A stretch of DNA of 64,000 nucleotides. Origin: Candidatus Latescibacterota bacterium (GTDB lineage: Bacteria > Latescibacterota > UBA2968 > GCA-2709665). Both the position numbers and the translations under genes were made by a program. Within the stretch, counting starts at the first letter, position 1; each line of letters opens with the position of its first letter. The notes under the pieces are model-generated. The model was not told the DNA's origin, did not search any database, and saw only the letters and a list, made by a program, of their open reading frames with translations. Location: contig OZ220733.1 in the NCBI GenBank assembly GCA_965116875.1, positions 4,288,001-4,352,000 of the forward strand. Reading direction: 5' to 3'. Shown here one piece after another: positions 28,610 to 37,959 of this stretch.

Positions 28610-29781
28610 CAGCCTGCCTCCCCGGGCGAAGCGCCCCTGGGCCTGGCGTCCGTGGGACGAAATTCGGGCACCTTCATCGGCCGGGAGCCGCGATCGATGG
28701 AGTCCGCCGCGAGGATGGCCGGCGCGGCTGTCTCGATTGCCCGGTAGACGTCGAACTCCGGGGCTTTCCCGTCGAGGACAGCGTCGCGAAACGCGGCGTG
28801 CACGTAATAGTCGGCGTCGCCGTGGCCGCTTGCCCGCGCTTCGGCCGGCGCGTTGGTTCGCTCGAAGCGCCAGTCGACTTCGGCCATGTCGTGCATCTGT
28901 TCGTCGGCCAGCCACAGGAGCGGTCGCCCCCTCTGCGAACGCTTCCATTCAACGCTGCCTCTTGTGCCGAGCACCTGGTACCAATGGTGACCCCGGTTGC
29001 TTGGGATTTTCTGTGTGAATCCGGCGGCCATCCGAAGAATCGCGTCCTTTTCGGTTTTCATCAGCGCCACCTGGATGTCGGGCTGACCGATTTCAGGATG
29101 GGAATAACTGGGACTGGACGTACTCATGGCCGTCACTTCCACCACCCGGTCATCCAGTACCCGGAGCATGGGACTGAGTTCGTGAGGAAGGTAGTGGATG
29201 GGCGGCATTTCGTGCAGCCACGTCGGTCTGGCCCCCGAATGCTCCTTCAGTTGCTCGACCGAATGGAACGCTCCGGTACGCGGATCCTGAAAGAACTGGC
29301 GCGTGCCGTAGTAGCCGATGTACTGGCCTTCGCAGAAGGTGACCCTGCCCAGCCGTCCCTGCGACACGAGGTCCCGCCAGATTTCCACGAAGCCCCAGTA
29401 CCTCGTCTGCTCGGCCAGATGGTAGACCAGGCCCGTGCGTTCAACCTGGGTGACGATCCGCCAGCAGTCTTCCAGGGTGTGTGCCGCGGGCACTTCGGAG
29501 TTCACGTGTTTGCCGGCTTCCAGGGCCATGGCTGCCAGTGCGCCCTGGTCCCGACAGCGAACGCAGAGGGCGACGGCGTCCACGCTGCGGTCCGCCAGGA
29601 GGTCCTCGTACGCCGCATACGCGGTGGCGGGATCATCAAGTGCGGCAAGCGCCCGTTCGTGCAGCGCGGCGATGGGGTCGCAGACGGCCGTGATCCGGTA
29701 GCCGCGGAGGCGTTGAAGCATACGGAGCCAGTGCAGGCCCCTGTGTCCCAGGCCGACGAGGCCGATGCGAATGTCATCCAT
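28609..29781 (-). CDS. Gfo/Idh/MocA family oxidoreductase
   Basis: IRIGLVGLGHRG, ALEAGKHVNSEVP, SGHGDADYY. Confidence 0.9.
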   Translation of the reverse strand: MDDIRIGLVGLGHRGLHWLRMLQRLRGYRITAVCDPIAALHERALAALDDPATAYAAYEDLLADRSVDAVALCVRCRDQGALAAMALEAGKHVNSEVPAAHTLEDCWRIVTQVERTGLVYHLAEQTRYWGFVEIWRDLVSQGRLGRVTFCEGQYIGYYGTRQFFQDPRTGAFHSVEQLKEHSGARPTWLHEMPPIHYLPHELSPMLRVLDDRVVEVTAMSTSSPSYSHPEIGQPDIQVALMKTEKDAILRMAAGFTQKIPSNRGHHWYQVLGTRGSVEWKRSQRGRPLLWLADEQMHDMAEVDWRFERTNAPAEARASGHGDADYYVHAAFRDAVLDGKAPEFDVYRAIETAAPAILAADSIDRGSRPMKVPEFRPTDARPRGASPGEAG

Positions 29782-29794
29782 TGCATACCTCAGA

Positions 29795-29900
29795 ACGAGA
29801 ATACGAGACTACGAATATACGATAAAATCGAAAGGCGCGAGAATACGTGAATTCGAAGAAACAGAAGAGCGCGAGACTACGAAGGAACGAAAGAAATCGG
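29795..29900 (+). repeat. Degenerate octamer tandem tract (RCGANNNN, about 12 units)
   Basis: ACGAGAAT ACGAGACT ACGAATAT ACGATAAA ... GCGAGAAT ... GCGAGACT ACGAAGGA ACGAAAGA. Confidence 0.75.
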
Positions 29901-30110
29901 AGATTCCGTGGTTGAATTCCGCTGCCGGAAGACGCGTAAAACCGACCTGTCGGGAACTCACATGGAATTCCATAACAGCGTCTGCCGCGTGAACGGCGGA
30001 GTGAGGCCGGTTCTCGTGGAATTGGCGGGCATCGGACGAATATACGGAACAGGGACCCGTACGCAAGCGCGTCCTCGGCGGCGAACCGGGCGGCGACGTT
30101 CAGGGCGGAT

Positions 30111-31337
30111 TCATTCCGGGCGGCGTCCGGGACCGGGATCCGATGCCCTGTGAGCATAGTAAAGGCCGATGCCGCAGGCAACCGCCCCCAGGGCGAAGAC
30201 CGTGCCGATGGCGAACGGCAGGGACGTTCCCCAGTCGATGAGTTTTCCGCCGCCCAGGCTTCCGGAGAGCATGCCGGCGCTCCAGGCGACGTGCGCGCTG
30301 CCCACCACGCGGCCCTCTTCGCCCTCACGGGCGGTCAGCTGGAGTATACCGGGCATCGTGGTGGAGAGGGACCAGGCGAAAACGGACGCCACAATCCCGA
30401 AGATGTACAGTCCCGCGAGCGTGTGCGCCGTAAACGCAAGACCCACCGCGCTTACGGCAACGAGCGAGGATGAGATGACCACGGGTTTCCACCGGCCGAT
30501 GCGATCCACGAGCCGGCCTGTGAGCAGCTGCGAGCCGCAGGCGGCGACAAGGCTGATGGCGCTGTACGTGGTGACGGACGTGTTGGTTCCGGAGACGCGA
30601 AAGATGAGCAGCGGTATGAGCAGGGTCACGGCGCCCCAGTAGCTGGTGGGCAGGTACCGGATGGCGAGCAGCAGGCGTACCTCCCGCCGCCGGCAGAGGT
30701 CGATGAAACCCGCCAGAGAGCGTGCGGCCGATCTCTCGTTGTTTACGGGACGCGCAAGGCTGGGCAACAGGACGAGCGACAGAACGACGATACCAGCGGC
30801 GGTTGCGCAGGCCAGATGCCCCAGCCGCTCGTATCCCAGGCTGTCGGCAATGGGTCCGGCCAGCAGATTGCCCGCGGCGCTCCCGAGCGTGCTGCTCAGG
30901 AAATATCCGCCCGCGGCCATTCCAAGGACGCGGGCGGGAACCGAACCCAGAAGATAGCTCTGTCCGCCAGTACTGCTGAAACCGAACGTCATGCCCAGGC
31001 CGATACAGAGGGCCGACAGGAGATACGGGTCGCCGGTGAGAAAGATCGCGCCCGCCAACAAAGGACCGAACTGGCCCAGGATGAATACCCTCTTGATGCC
31101 GAAGGCATCGCACAGCATGCCGGCGGGAATCGAACAGAGTCCGCCCAGCGTGAAGAAGAGCCCTCGCAGGCCGGCCGAAAAGAGGGGGGAACGGGCAAGG
31201 CCGGCTTCCACGTACACGGGAAGGAGCGAGGAGTAGAGGGGCGAGGAGACGAAACTGGCAAGAAAGGAAACGACGAGAAGGGCCACGAACCGGCGGTTCA
31301 GCAACTCCTGGAAGCCTGCGGAGGTTGGTTCGGACAT
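30111..31337 (-). CDS. MFS transporter
   Basis: About 12 TMs; motif A in both halves (GMLCDAFGIK, GRLVDRIGRW). Confidence 0.9.
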   Translation of the reverse strand: MSEPTSAGFQELLNRRFVALLVVSFLASFVSSPLYSSLLPVYVEAGLARSPLFSAGLRGLFFTLGGLCSIPAGMLCDAFGIKRVFILGQFGPLLAGAIFLTGDPYLLSALCIGLGMTFGFSSTGGQSYLLGSVPARVLGMAAGGYFLSSTLGSAAGNLLAGPIADSLGYERLGHLACATAAGIVVLSLVLLPSLARPVNNERSAARSLAGFIDLCRRREVRLLLAIRYLPTSYWGAVTLLIPLLIFRVSGTNTSVTTYSAISLVAACGSQLLTGRLVDRIGRWKPVVISSSLVAVSAVGLAFTAHTLAGLYIFGIVASVFAWSLSTTMPGILQLTAREGEEGRVVGSAHVAWSAGMLSGSLGGGKLIDWGTSLPFAIGTVFALGAVACGIGLYYAHRASDPGPGRRPE

Positions 31338-31407
31338 TGTTGAACCGGATTATGGCGATTCGCGTTCGAAATCGCTGGACATCAAACTGCGGTGAAATCA
31401 TATTAAG

Positions 31408-31553
31408 CAGCCCGTTGAAAAAGTCCATCCGGGCTACGGCCGGCCCTTGCGGTCGAAAACCTGCGTTGCGCTTCCTCGCCGAATCAAAGGATGGGACTCG
31501 GTCGCGCGCCTTGTCTTCGGCCTCGCCTGCAGAGCGACTTTCTCAACGGACTG
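31408..31553. mobile_element. MITE family A, full copy (146 bp)
   Basis: TIRs CAGCCCGTTGAAAAAGTC / GACTTTCTCAACGGACTG; near-identical copy at 45614-45759. Confidence 0.85.
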
Positions 31554-31723
31554 TTAGGCGCTGTCTGGAAGCGCGCTAATTATCGAAGATCGCGGCCGCG
31601 ATGTCAACCCAAAAGCCATTCGACGTCACGGCGGCTTCGGTCGGGTCCGGGAGAGGAGCGGGTCGTCGACTTGCGGGAGTGTGCATGAATGGTCTGTCGC
31701 CCGGGAGCAGAAAGAGGTTGGGT

Positions 31724-32254
31724 ATGGGGAAAACCGCAAAACAGGTGATACCGGGCTGGACGGGGCGGTGCTATGAGGATTTCGCCGTGGGTGAAGTCTA
31801 TCGGAGCCGGTTCGGGAGAACGGTGACGGAGGCCGACAACCAGCTGTTCACGCACCTGACGCTGAATACAAATCCGCTTCATTTTGACGAAGTGTATGCC
31901 CGGGGCACGCGGTGGGGCAGGATACTGGTGAACAGTACGTTTACGCTCGCACTCGTCGTTGGCATGAGTGTGCCTGACGTGAGCGAGAAGGCGATGGCGA
32001 ATCTGGGCTGGAGCGAAATCCGGCTTCCCAATCCGGTATTCGTGGGCGATACGCTCTACTGTGAAACGGAGGTCCTCGCCAGGCGCGAGTCGAAGTCGCA
32101 CCCGGAAGCGGGCATCGTGAAGGTGCGCACGCGCGGTGTGAATCAGGACGGTCGCGTCGTCATCGACCTGACGCGCAGTGTGATGATCTACAAGAAGGCG
32201 CACGCGCCGTCGGGAGAACCCTTTCCCGAGATTCGCGAGGAGAAGAACGGGTGA
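31724..32254 (+). CDS. MaoC-family (hotdog) acyl-CoA hydratase
   Basis: GR.YEDF.VG, RTVTEADN..F..LT.N.NPLHFD, NLGW..IR..PVF.GDTL. Confidence 0.9.
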   Translation: MGKTAKQVIPGWTGRCYEDFAVGEVYRSRFGRTVTEADNQLFTHLTLNTNPLHFDEVYARGTRWGRILVNSTFTLALVVGMSVPDVSEKAMANLGWSEIRLPNPVFVGDTLYCETEVLARRESKSHPEAGIVKVRTRGVNQDGRVVIDLTRSVMIYKKAHAPSGEPFPEIREEKNG

Positions 32255-33111
32255 AGGCAATGCGGTCCTGGCTGTTCGTGCCGGGCCACCGGCAGCGGAT
32301 GATCGAGAAGGCATTCGGTCTGACGACGGACGTCGTGATCTTCGATCTGGAAGACGGCGTCCCGAGGGGCGAGAAGGATGACGCGCGCCGGAAGGTGGCT
32401 GCCGCGCTGGTCGGTGCGCCTGCCGGCGCAACCGCGTTCGTGAGAGTTCATGCGGCGGGATCCCCGGATCTGCACGCCGATCTGCGGGCGCTTGCCGGGG
32501 CGCGCCTTCAGGGATTCGTGCTGCCGAAGGTGCGGGGTCCGAAGGATGTGCTTGAGATGCACGGATGGCTGGACGGGCAGGAGACGAGGGCGGCATTGCC
32601 ATCCGGCAGCGTCAGGCTTTTGGCGACCATCGAGAGCGCGGGCGGCCTGGTCCAGGCTCCCGCGATTGCGTCCGCCACGCCCAGGCTGGAGGGGCTCATG
32701 TTCGGGGCGGAGGATTTCGCGCTGGATATGGGCCTCTTTTTGCGTCCGGGTCATGGTTTGTTTGACTATACCCGTTCTGCGCTGGCCGTTGCCGCGGCAA
32801 GCGGCGGGATCGGGGCCATAGACAAGGTCTTTACCGACATTCGTGATTCGGACGGACTGGCGCGGGAAGCGCTGCGGGCACGGGACTTCGGATTTGCGGG
32901 CAAAGCCGTGATTCACCCGGGCCAGATCGGCGCAGTGAATGAAATCTTCAGCCCCTCAGAGGAAGAGGTGGCGCGGGCAGGGAGGATCGTTGCGGCCTTC
33001 GAGCGCCATGCGGACGGCGGTGCCGCGGCCGTGGACGGCCGGATGGTCGACAGACCGGTGCTGGAACAGGCGCGAAGGATTCTGAACCGCCACGGGGAAG
33101 AACGCAAGTGA
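32251..33111 (+). CDS. CitE-like acyl-CoA lyase (HpcH/HpaI family)
   Basis: RSWLFVPG, DLEDGV, LPKV, IES, FGAED, GF.GK..IHP.Q, DGRMVD. Confidence 0.92.
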   Translation: MKAMRSWLFVPGHRQRMIEKAFGLTTDVVIFDLEDGVPRGEKDDARRKVAAALVGAPAGATAFVRVHAAGSPDLHADLRALAGARLQGFVLPKVRGPKDVLEMHGWLDGQETRAALPSGSVRLLATIESAGGLVQAPAIASATPRLEGLMFGAEDFALDMGLFLRPGHGLFDYTRSALAVAAASGGIGAIDKVFTDIRDSDGLAREALRARDFGFAGKAVIHPGQIGAVNEIFSPSEEEVARAGRIVAAFERHADGGAAAVDGRMVDRPVLEQARRILNRHGEERK

Positions 33112-33235
33112 GCCGGACCGGCCGGCAGACCTTCCGGGACGCGCGTGCCGTTCGCGATCGCTCGCGATCGATGGCGGACGGTACGATCCGGGGCGCGTTT
33201 TTTCCCGGGAGCGCTTCAAAGGACGAGAGGATCCC

Positions 33236-34441
33236 TTGCAGGAACGACACCAGCACCCGCCATTGGCCGGAATAAGGATCGTCTCCGTGGAGCAGTTCGG
33301 CGCGGGTCCATGGGGGACCATGATGCTCGCGGACCTGGGCGCGGAGATCATCAAGGTCGAAAATCCAGGGACACGCGGCGACGTCGCACGTTACGTGCCG
33401 CCGTATACCGGAGATCGGGACAGCCTGTATTTCCAGAGTTTCAACCGGAACAAGAAGAGTATCACGCTGAATCTACAGCATCCGGAATCCAGAGAGGTGT
33501 TGCATCGCCTCGTGAGGTTCTCGGAGGGCGTGTTCAACAACCTGCGTGGAGACCTTCCCGCCAGGCTGGGTCTGGACTATCCGTCCCTGAGTCAGGTCAA
33601 GGCTTCCATCGTATGCTGCTCGCTTTCCGCGTTCGGGCGCAAAGGACCCCGCGCGGACGAGCCGGGTTACGACTATCTGATGCAGGGCTATGCCGGCTGG
33701 ATGAGCCTTACGGGAGAGCCGGACGGACCGCCGACGAAGACGGGACTTTCCCTGGTGGACCTTGGCGCCGGCGCCATGGCGTCTCTGGGCATGGCAAGCG
33801 CGATTTTCCGCGCCAGGCAGACGGGTCTGGGGTGCGACGTGGACGTGAATCTGTTTGATACGGCGCTTGCGCATCTGGGATACGTGGGGGCGTGGTACCT
33901 GACCAGAGGGTACGAGGCGCACCGGACGCCCGATTCTTCTCATCCGTCTCAGATCCCGTCGCAGGTGGTGCCGACGAAGGACGGCTGGCTCGTGGTGATG
34001 TGCGCGAAGGAGAAGTTCTTCCGGAATCTCGCAGGCATTCTGGGGGTGCCCGAACTTGCGGAAGATCCCCGGTTCCGCTCCTTTGCGGATCGCCTGGAAA
34101 ACCGGGACGCGCTCGTTCCGATTCTGAAGGACCGATTCCGAACGAAGACCACGGCTGACTGGCTTGCGCTGCTCAGGGGCAGGGTACCCTGCGCGCCGGT
34201 GAACACCGTTGCGCATGCCTTTGCCGATCCGCACGTGGACGAGAACGACATGATACTGGAACTCCCGCATCCCGAGTTCGGCAAAGCCCGGGTCGTGGCG
34301 AGCCCCATAAAGGTCGATGGCCCGTCGGTCGAACCCCGGCGCGGTCCCTCGCTGGGAGAACACAACGAGCCGATTCTGCGAGACATTCTGGGCTATTCAT
34401 CGGCGGAGATCGAAAACCTCCGCAGCGAAGGCGTCGTCTGA
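33236..34441 (+). CDS. CaiB/BaiF family III CoA-transferase
   Basis: PL.GIRI...GP.....LADLGAEIIKVE, NRNKKSI.L.L, PGYD..MQ, P.LGEH. Confidence 0.93.
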   Translation: MQERHQHPPLAGIRIVSVEQFGAGPWGTMMLADLGAEIIKVENPGTRGDVARYVPPYTGDRDSLYFQSFNRNKKSITLNLQHPESREVLHRLVRFSEGVFNNLRGDLPARLGLDYPSLSQVKASIVCCSLSAFGRKGPRADEPGYDYLMQGYAGWMSLTGEPDGPPTKTGLSLVDLGAGAMASLGMASAIFRARQTGLGCDVDVNLFDTALAHLGYVGAWYLTRGYEAHRTPDSSHPSQIPSQVVPTKDGWLVVMCAKEKFFRNLAGILGVPELAEDPRFRSFADRLENRDALVPILKDRFRTKTTADWLALLRGRVPCAPVNTVAHAFADPHVDENDMILELPHPEFGKARVVASPIKVDGPSVEPRRGPSLGEHNEPILRDILGYSSAEIENLRSEGVV

Positions 34442-34477
34442 TTCATCGCATCCGGGCCTCTCCCCGTCCCATCAGAA

Positions 34478-34608
34478 GCGGGTAGACGGGAGACGTAAGA
34501 CGGTAGAAGATATCCTTGCCCGTTAATCTATCCCTCCTTGCCTCCGGCACGAATAGAAGCCTCACAAGGCAGGTGATCTCTACCCTCTACCGGCTCCCGT
34601 CTACCCGC
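34478..34608. repeat. Long imperfect inverted repeat built from heptamers
   Basis: GCGGGTAGACGGGAG (34478-34492) / CTCCCGTCTACCCGC (34594-34608) perfect; pairing extends imperfectly to about 43 bp. Confidence 0.75.
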
Positions 34609-34699
34609 ATTTGGTCTACCGTCTGCCCTCGGTCAAGCTCTTTGTGGACGATATTGCGTTCATCTTTTTTTGAAATGAGGAGAATAAAAGGGAGGCTTA

Positions 34700-35545
34700 A
34701 TGGGCGAAACAGTAACGCTACCTGCGCATTACTACCGTCAGCACGACGCGGACCTGGGCGCCGATATTCCGGGGCGCGGGTACGCGGGCTGGACCACGCG
34801 GTTGCTGGACGTGCCGCTTGAAAGAACGGCGCTGGTAAGCATGCACGCGTGGAATCCCGGCCTGGTGGACGCAATCCCGCCGGGACCGGGGTCGCCGTAC
34901 GACGGCTGGTTCCGTATGGTGGAATATCTGCCCAGGGCGATGAGGATCTCGCGGGACGTCTTTCCGCCGCTGCTGCAGGCGGCACGGCAGGCCGGTCTTA
35001 CCGTGATTCATGTCGGATCGAGCGAGAGTTATACCGCGTCGTACGGGGAATATCAGCGCATTAAGGCAATGGCGGGGGAGGAGGCGCAAGCCGCGCCGGG
35101 CGCGGTGGAAGACGCGTTGAGGAAGCAGTGGCAGGCGGACCGCGGCAGGCAGATGACCGGCGCGCACAACCAACCGGATATCTCGGCGGGGTTCAAACAC
35201 ATCGACTTTGCGCCGCAGGCAGTTCCCGACGCCGGCGAGCCCGTGGTCATCAATTCCCATCAACTCAACGCCGTATGCCGGGAGCGGGAAATCTGGCACC
35301 TGATCTATATCGGGTTCGCCATCAACTGGTGCCTGCTCGCCAGCCCGGGCGGCATGATCGATATGGGACGGATGGGGTACGTATGCTCCACCATCCGGCA
35401 GGCCACGACGGCCGTGGAGAACGGGGAGAGCTGCACGGAGGAATGGGCCAAGGAGATCGCGTTGTGGCGGGTCTCGCTGATGTTCGGGTACGTGTTTGAC
35501 CTCGACCCGGTGATGAAGGCGCTCGGTCAGTTGTCGGATGAATAA
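34700..35545 (+). CDS. Isochorismatase/cysteine hydrolase-like protein
   Basis: RTALV, LL.AAR.AG..VIH, LIY.GFA.NWC; GGAGG RBS. Confidence 0.7.
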   Translation: MGETVTLPAHYYRQHDADLGADIPGRGYAGWTTRLLDVPLERTALVSMHAWNPGLVDAIPPGPGSPYDGWFRMVEYLPRAMRISRDVFPPLLQAARQAGLTVIHVGSSESYTASYGEYQRIKAMAGEEAQAAPGAVEDALRKQWQADRGRQMTGAHNQPDISAGFKHIDFAPQAVPDAGEPVVINSHQLNAVCREREIWHLIYIGFAINWCLLASPGGMIDMGRMGYVCSTIRQATTAVENGESCTEEWAKEIALWRVSLMFGYVFDLDPVMKALGQLSDE

Positions 35546-35792
35546 CGACCGGTTCGGGAGCCGATAGGTCGCGCGAGACGGACCCGCCTTGATTCGCAAT
35601 TGTTCGGGAATCTGATTGTCGATTATATACGGAAGAACAGAGGCGAATTGACGTCAAAGGTACCGGATGCTTGAGGTCACCGGACGTGTCGGGAGATTTC
35701 ATCCATTTAAGCGACCTCAACATCCCGTTTTCGCACCGTCACCTTCTGTGCCTTTTGTGGTAAATTGGCCTTTGTCTTCTTTCGAAATGAGG

Positions 35793-36416
35793 CTAGAGTG
35801 CCGTGACCAGGGCGATGCTTCCCACAACGAGCAGGGAGACGGCCCAGATCAGATCGAAGTTGATCCACTTCCGCCTCAGCACGGCCAGGCCCAGCTTCCG
35901 GTACACGATCCAGGCGACCGCGCCCATGACGAGCCACATGGCCAATGTGTGGACGCCCACGGCCAGAAGGACGTCTGCCAGCGAGTTCACGTCCGGCGGA
36001 CCGTGGCCGTGGTTGGCGGCCGCCACGCCCAGAAGGGCCGGAATCACCATCAATCCCGCGCCATGGGCGGTGGCCATCAGGAACGACCAGGCGAAGAGAT
36101 CTCCGGGCCCGACCTTCATGCCCACCCATCGAGGATGCCGGTAGTAGTTGAACAGCTTGTAGATCCCGAAGGCGATCAGCAGGAGGGCGGTTATCCACTG
36201 CAGGGCGGACAGGGAGACAAAATGGAGGCCTGCCAGTACCAGACCGGCGACGACGGCTACCGAGGCGGCATGGCCGGCCGCGATGGGGAAGAGGGCAATC
36301 CAGACCGCGCGTCCGCTGTTGTGCTGGAGTCCCAGAGACAGGGCGAAGAGCCAGCCCATACCGGGATTCAACCCGTGAAAGGCGCCGAAGCCGATCATCG
36401 CCAGCCACGGCCCCAT
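35793..36416 (-). CDS. His-motif membrane protein coupled to SBP56
   Basis: About 6 TMs; GAFHGLNPGMGWLF, AAGHA, MATAHGAGLM, VHT; ATG 4 nt after the SBP56 stop. Confidence 0.7.
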   Translation of the reverse strand: MGPWLAMIGFGAFHGLNPGMGWLFALSLGLQHNSGRAVWIALFPIAAGHAASVAVVAGLVLAGLHFVSLSALQWITALLLIAFGIYKLFNYYRHPRWVGMKVGPGDLFAWSFLMATAHGAGLMVIPALLGVAAANHGHGPPDVNSLADVLLAVGVHTLAMWLVMGAVAWIVYRKLGLAVLRRKWINFDLIWAVSLLVVGSIALVTAL

Positions 36417-36420
36417 CCCG

Positions 36421-37818
36421 TCAGGAAGGGTAGCAGAAAGAGTCGGTGGAGGCATCTCCTCCTTCCAATCGGACCTGATGGACGCGCGTTTCGCCGAAGT
36501 CGATGAAGAAACCGGGGTCCAGTTCCAGGCCTCCGTCGGGGTCCGCGCCGGCTTTCGCCATCCAGCCGTTCATCCCCGCCGGATAGAACTGGTCGTCCCA
36601 GGCGCTGTAGAGGGAGTTGGTAAAGTAAATCCTCCGGCCGTCCCGGCTGATCTCCACCATTTGAGGTCCACCCGACAATGAGCCGTCACGCTTTGCGTGC
36701 GGTTTTTTGTTTACGATGCCCCCGATTTCCACCTTTCCGGTCAGGACCGGCTCGAATGGATCGGAAACGTCGTACTGATGCAGTTCGCCCAGGCCCCAGC
36801 AGGAAACGTACAGAAACCTGTCGTCCAGCGAGAGGTCGATATCGGTGACCAGGGGCGGTACGGCTTCGAACGCTTTCAACACGGGCGGCAGGTCCGCGGC
36901 GCCGGCCGGCACGGGTGGAATCGTGATCACCTTCCGCATTCGCCACGCGCCGTTTTCGCGGAACCAGGTCCAGATGGATGCGGACAGGTCCGCCGTGCTG
37001 ACGACCACGCCGGCGAAACCGTAGGTCTTCCGCGGGTCGTGTGCGGGACGCAGCTCGAGGAGCATCTGATTCTCGGGGCCGATGTCGACCGTCTGGTCGA
37101 GCCGGCGTTTTCTGAGGTCCCAGAAGTGGAGCCGGTGGCCGTACCGGTTCGCCAGCAGGTCCTCCGGCACCACCCCGTTCTCGAATTGCTCCGGCTTCCC
37201 CCATTCGCTGCTCATCATAACGTCTTCCGCGAGGTGCCACCAGAAGTCATACGCCAGTTCCTGCGATCCGCGATGGATTTCCCACGGCCCGATGACGTCG
37301 AAACTGAAGTGGTCCAGCAGGAAGATCCCTCCCGGGCCGTCGCTGTCGTTCGCCGGTCCCAGCGCGCTGACGTAGATCGCGTCGGGACCGCAGTGGACGG
37401 TGTGAGGCCGGCTGTAGCCCGATCTGGACATGAGCTCGTCAGGCTCTATGATCTTGATAATATGGGGCCTGGCGGGGTCCGGCCTGGTATCCACGATGTA
37501 GATGCGTGAGGTACGCAGTGCGGGCAGGATGAGGTAGCGTCGCTCCAGGTGAGGATGAGGCGCATAGGGGCACAGGGCCGAACTGCAGGCGTTCCAGCCG
37601 AAATGGTGGAGTTCGTCTCCGGTATACGGCATCTGAAGCGAGTAGATGTTCTGACTGTAGGTGGGGGACTCTGTGTCCAGATCCACCACGCACAGGGCAT
37701 CGGGTCTGTCGTTCGCGCCGGGATTGAGAGCGGACACGTACCCGTATCGCTCCCGGGGGGCCTGCATGGCCATCCTGGGCGACGGGTAGAACGTTGGGTC
37801 GGGCTTCCATAGTGGCAT
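36421..37818 (-). CDS. Selenium-binding protein SBP56 / methanethiol oxidase family
   Basis: Y.SP..AM, DELHHFGWNACSS, RPHTVHC, YDFWW, YGH.LHFWD, TDIDLSLDDRFLYVSCW, GGPQM...S.DG.R.Y.TNSLYS.WD.QFYP. Confidence 0.93.
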   Translation of the reverse strand: MPLWKPDPTFYPSPRMAMQAPRERYGYVSALNPGANDRPDALCVVDLDTESPTYSQNIYSLQMPYTGDELHHFGWNACSSALCPYAPHPHLERRYLILPALRTSRIYIVDTRPDPARPHIIKIIEPDELMSRSGYSRPHTVHCGPDAIYVSALGPANDSDGPGGIFLLDHFSFDVIGPWEIHRGSQELAYDFWWHLAEDVMMSSEWGKPEQFENGVVPEDLLANRYGHRLHFWDLRKRRLDQTVDIGPENQMLLELRPAHDPRKTYGFAGVVVSTADLSASIWTWFRENGAWRMRKVITIPPVPAGAADLPPVLKAFEAVPPLVTDIDLSLDDRFLYVSCWGLGELHQYDVSDPFEPVLTGKVEIGGIVNKKPHAKRDGSLSGGPQMVEISRDGRRIYFTNSLYSAWDDQFYPAGMNGWMAKAGADPDGGLELDPGFFIDFGETRVHQVRLEGGDASTDSFCYPS

Positions 37819-37959
37819 CGTTGCGCGTTCCTTACCAATGGGAGATTCAGGTTTTTTGCTGTGCCGGTCGCGTTGAGGGCAATGCGGTGAAAAAACGACG
37901 CGTCCAGGGCCCTCCGGAAAAGGACCATCCGTCGGTCGAGGGCGGACACCCGGCTGCCG

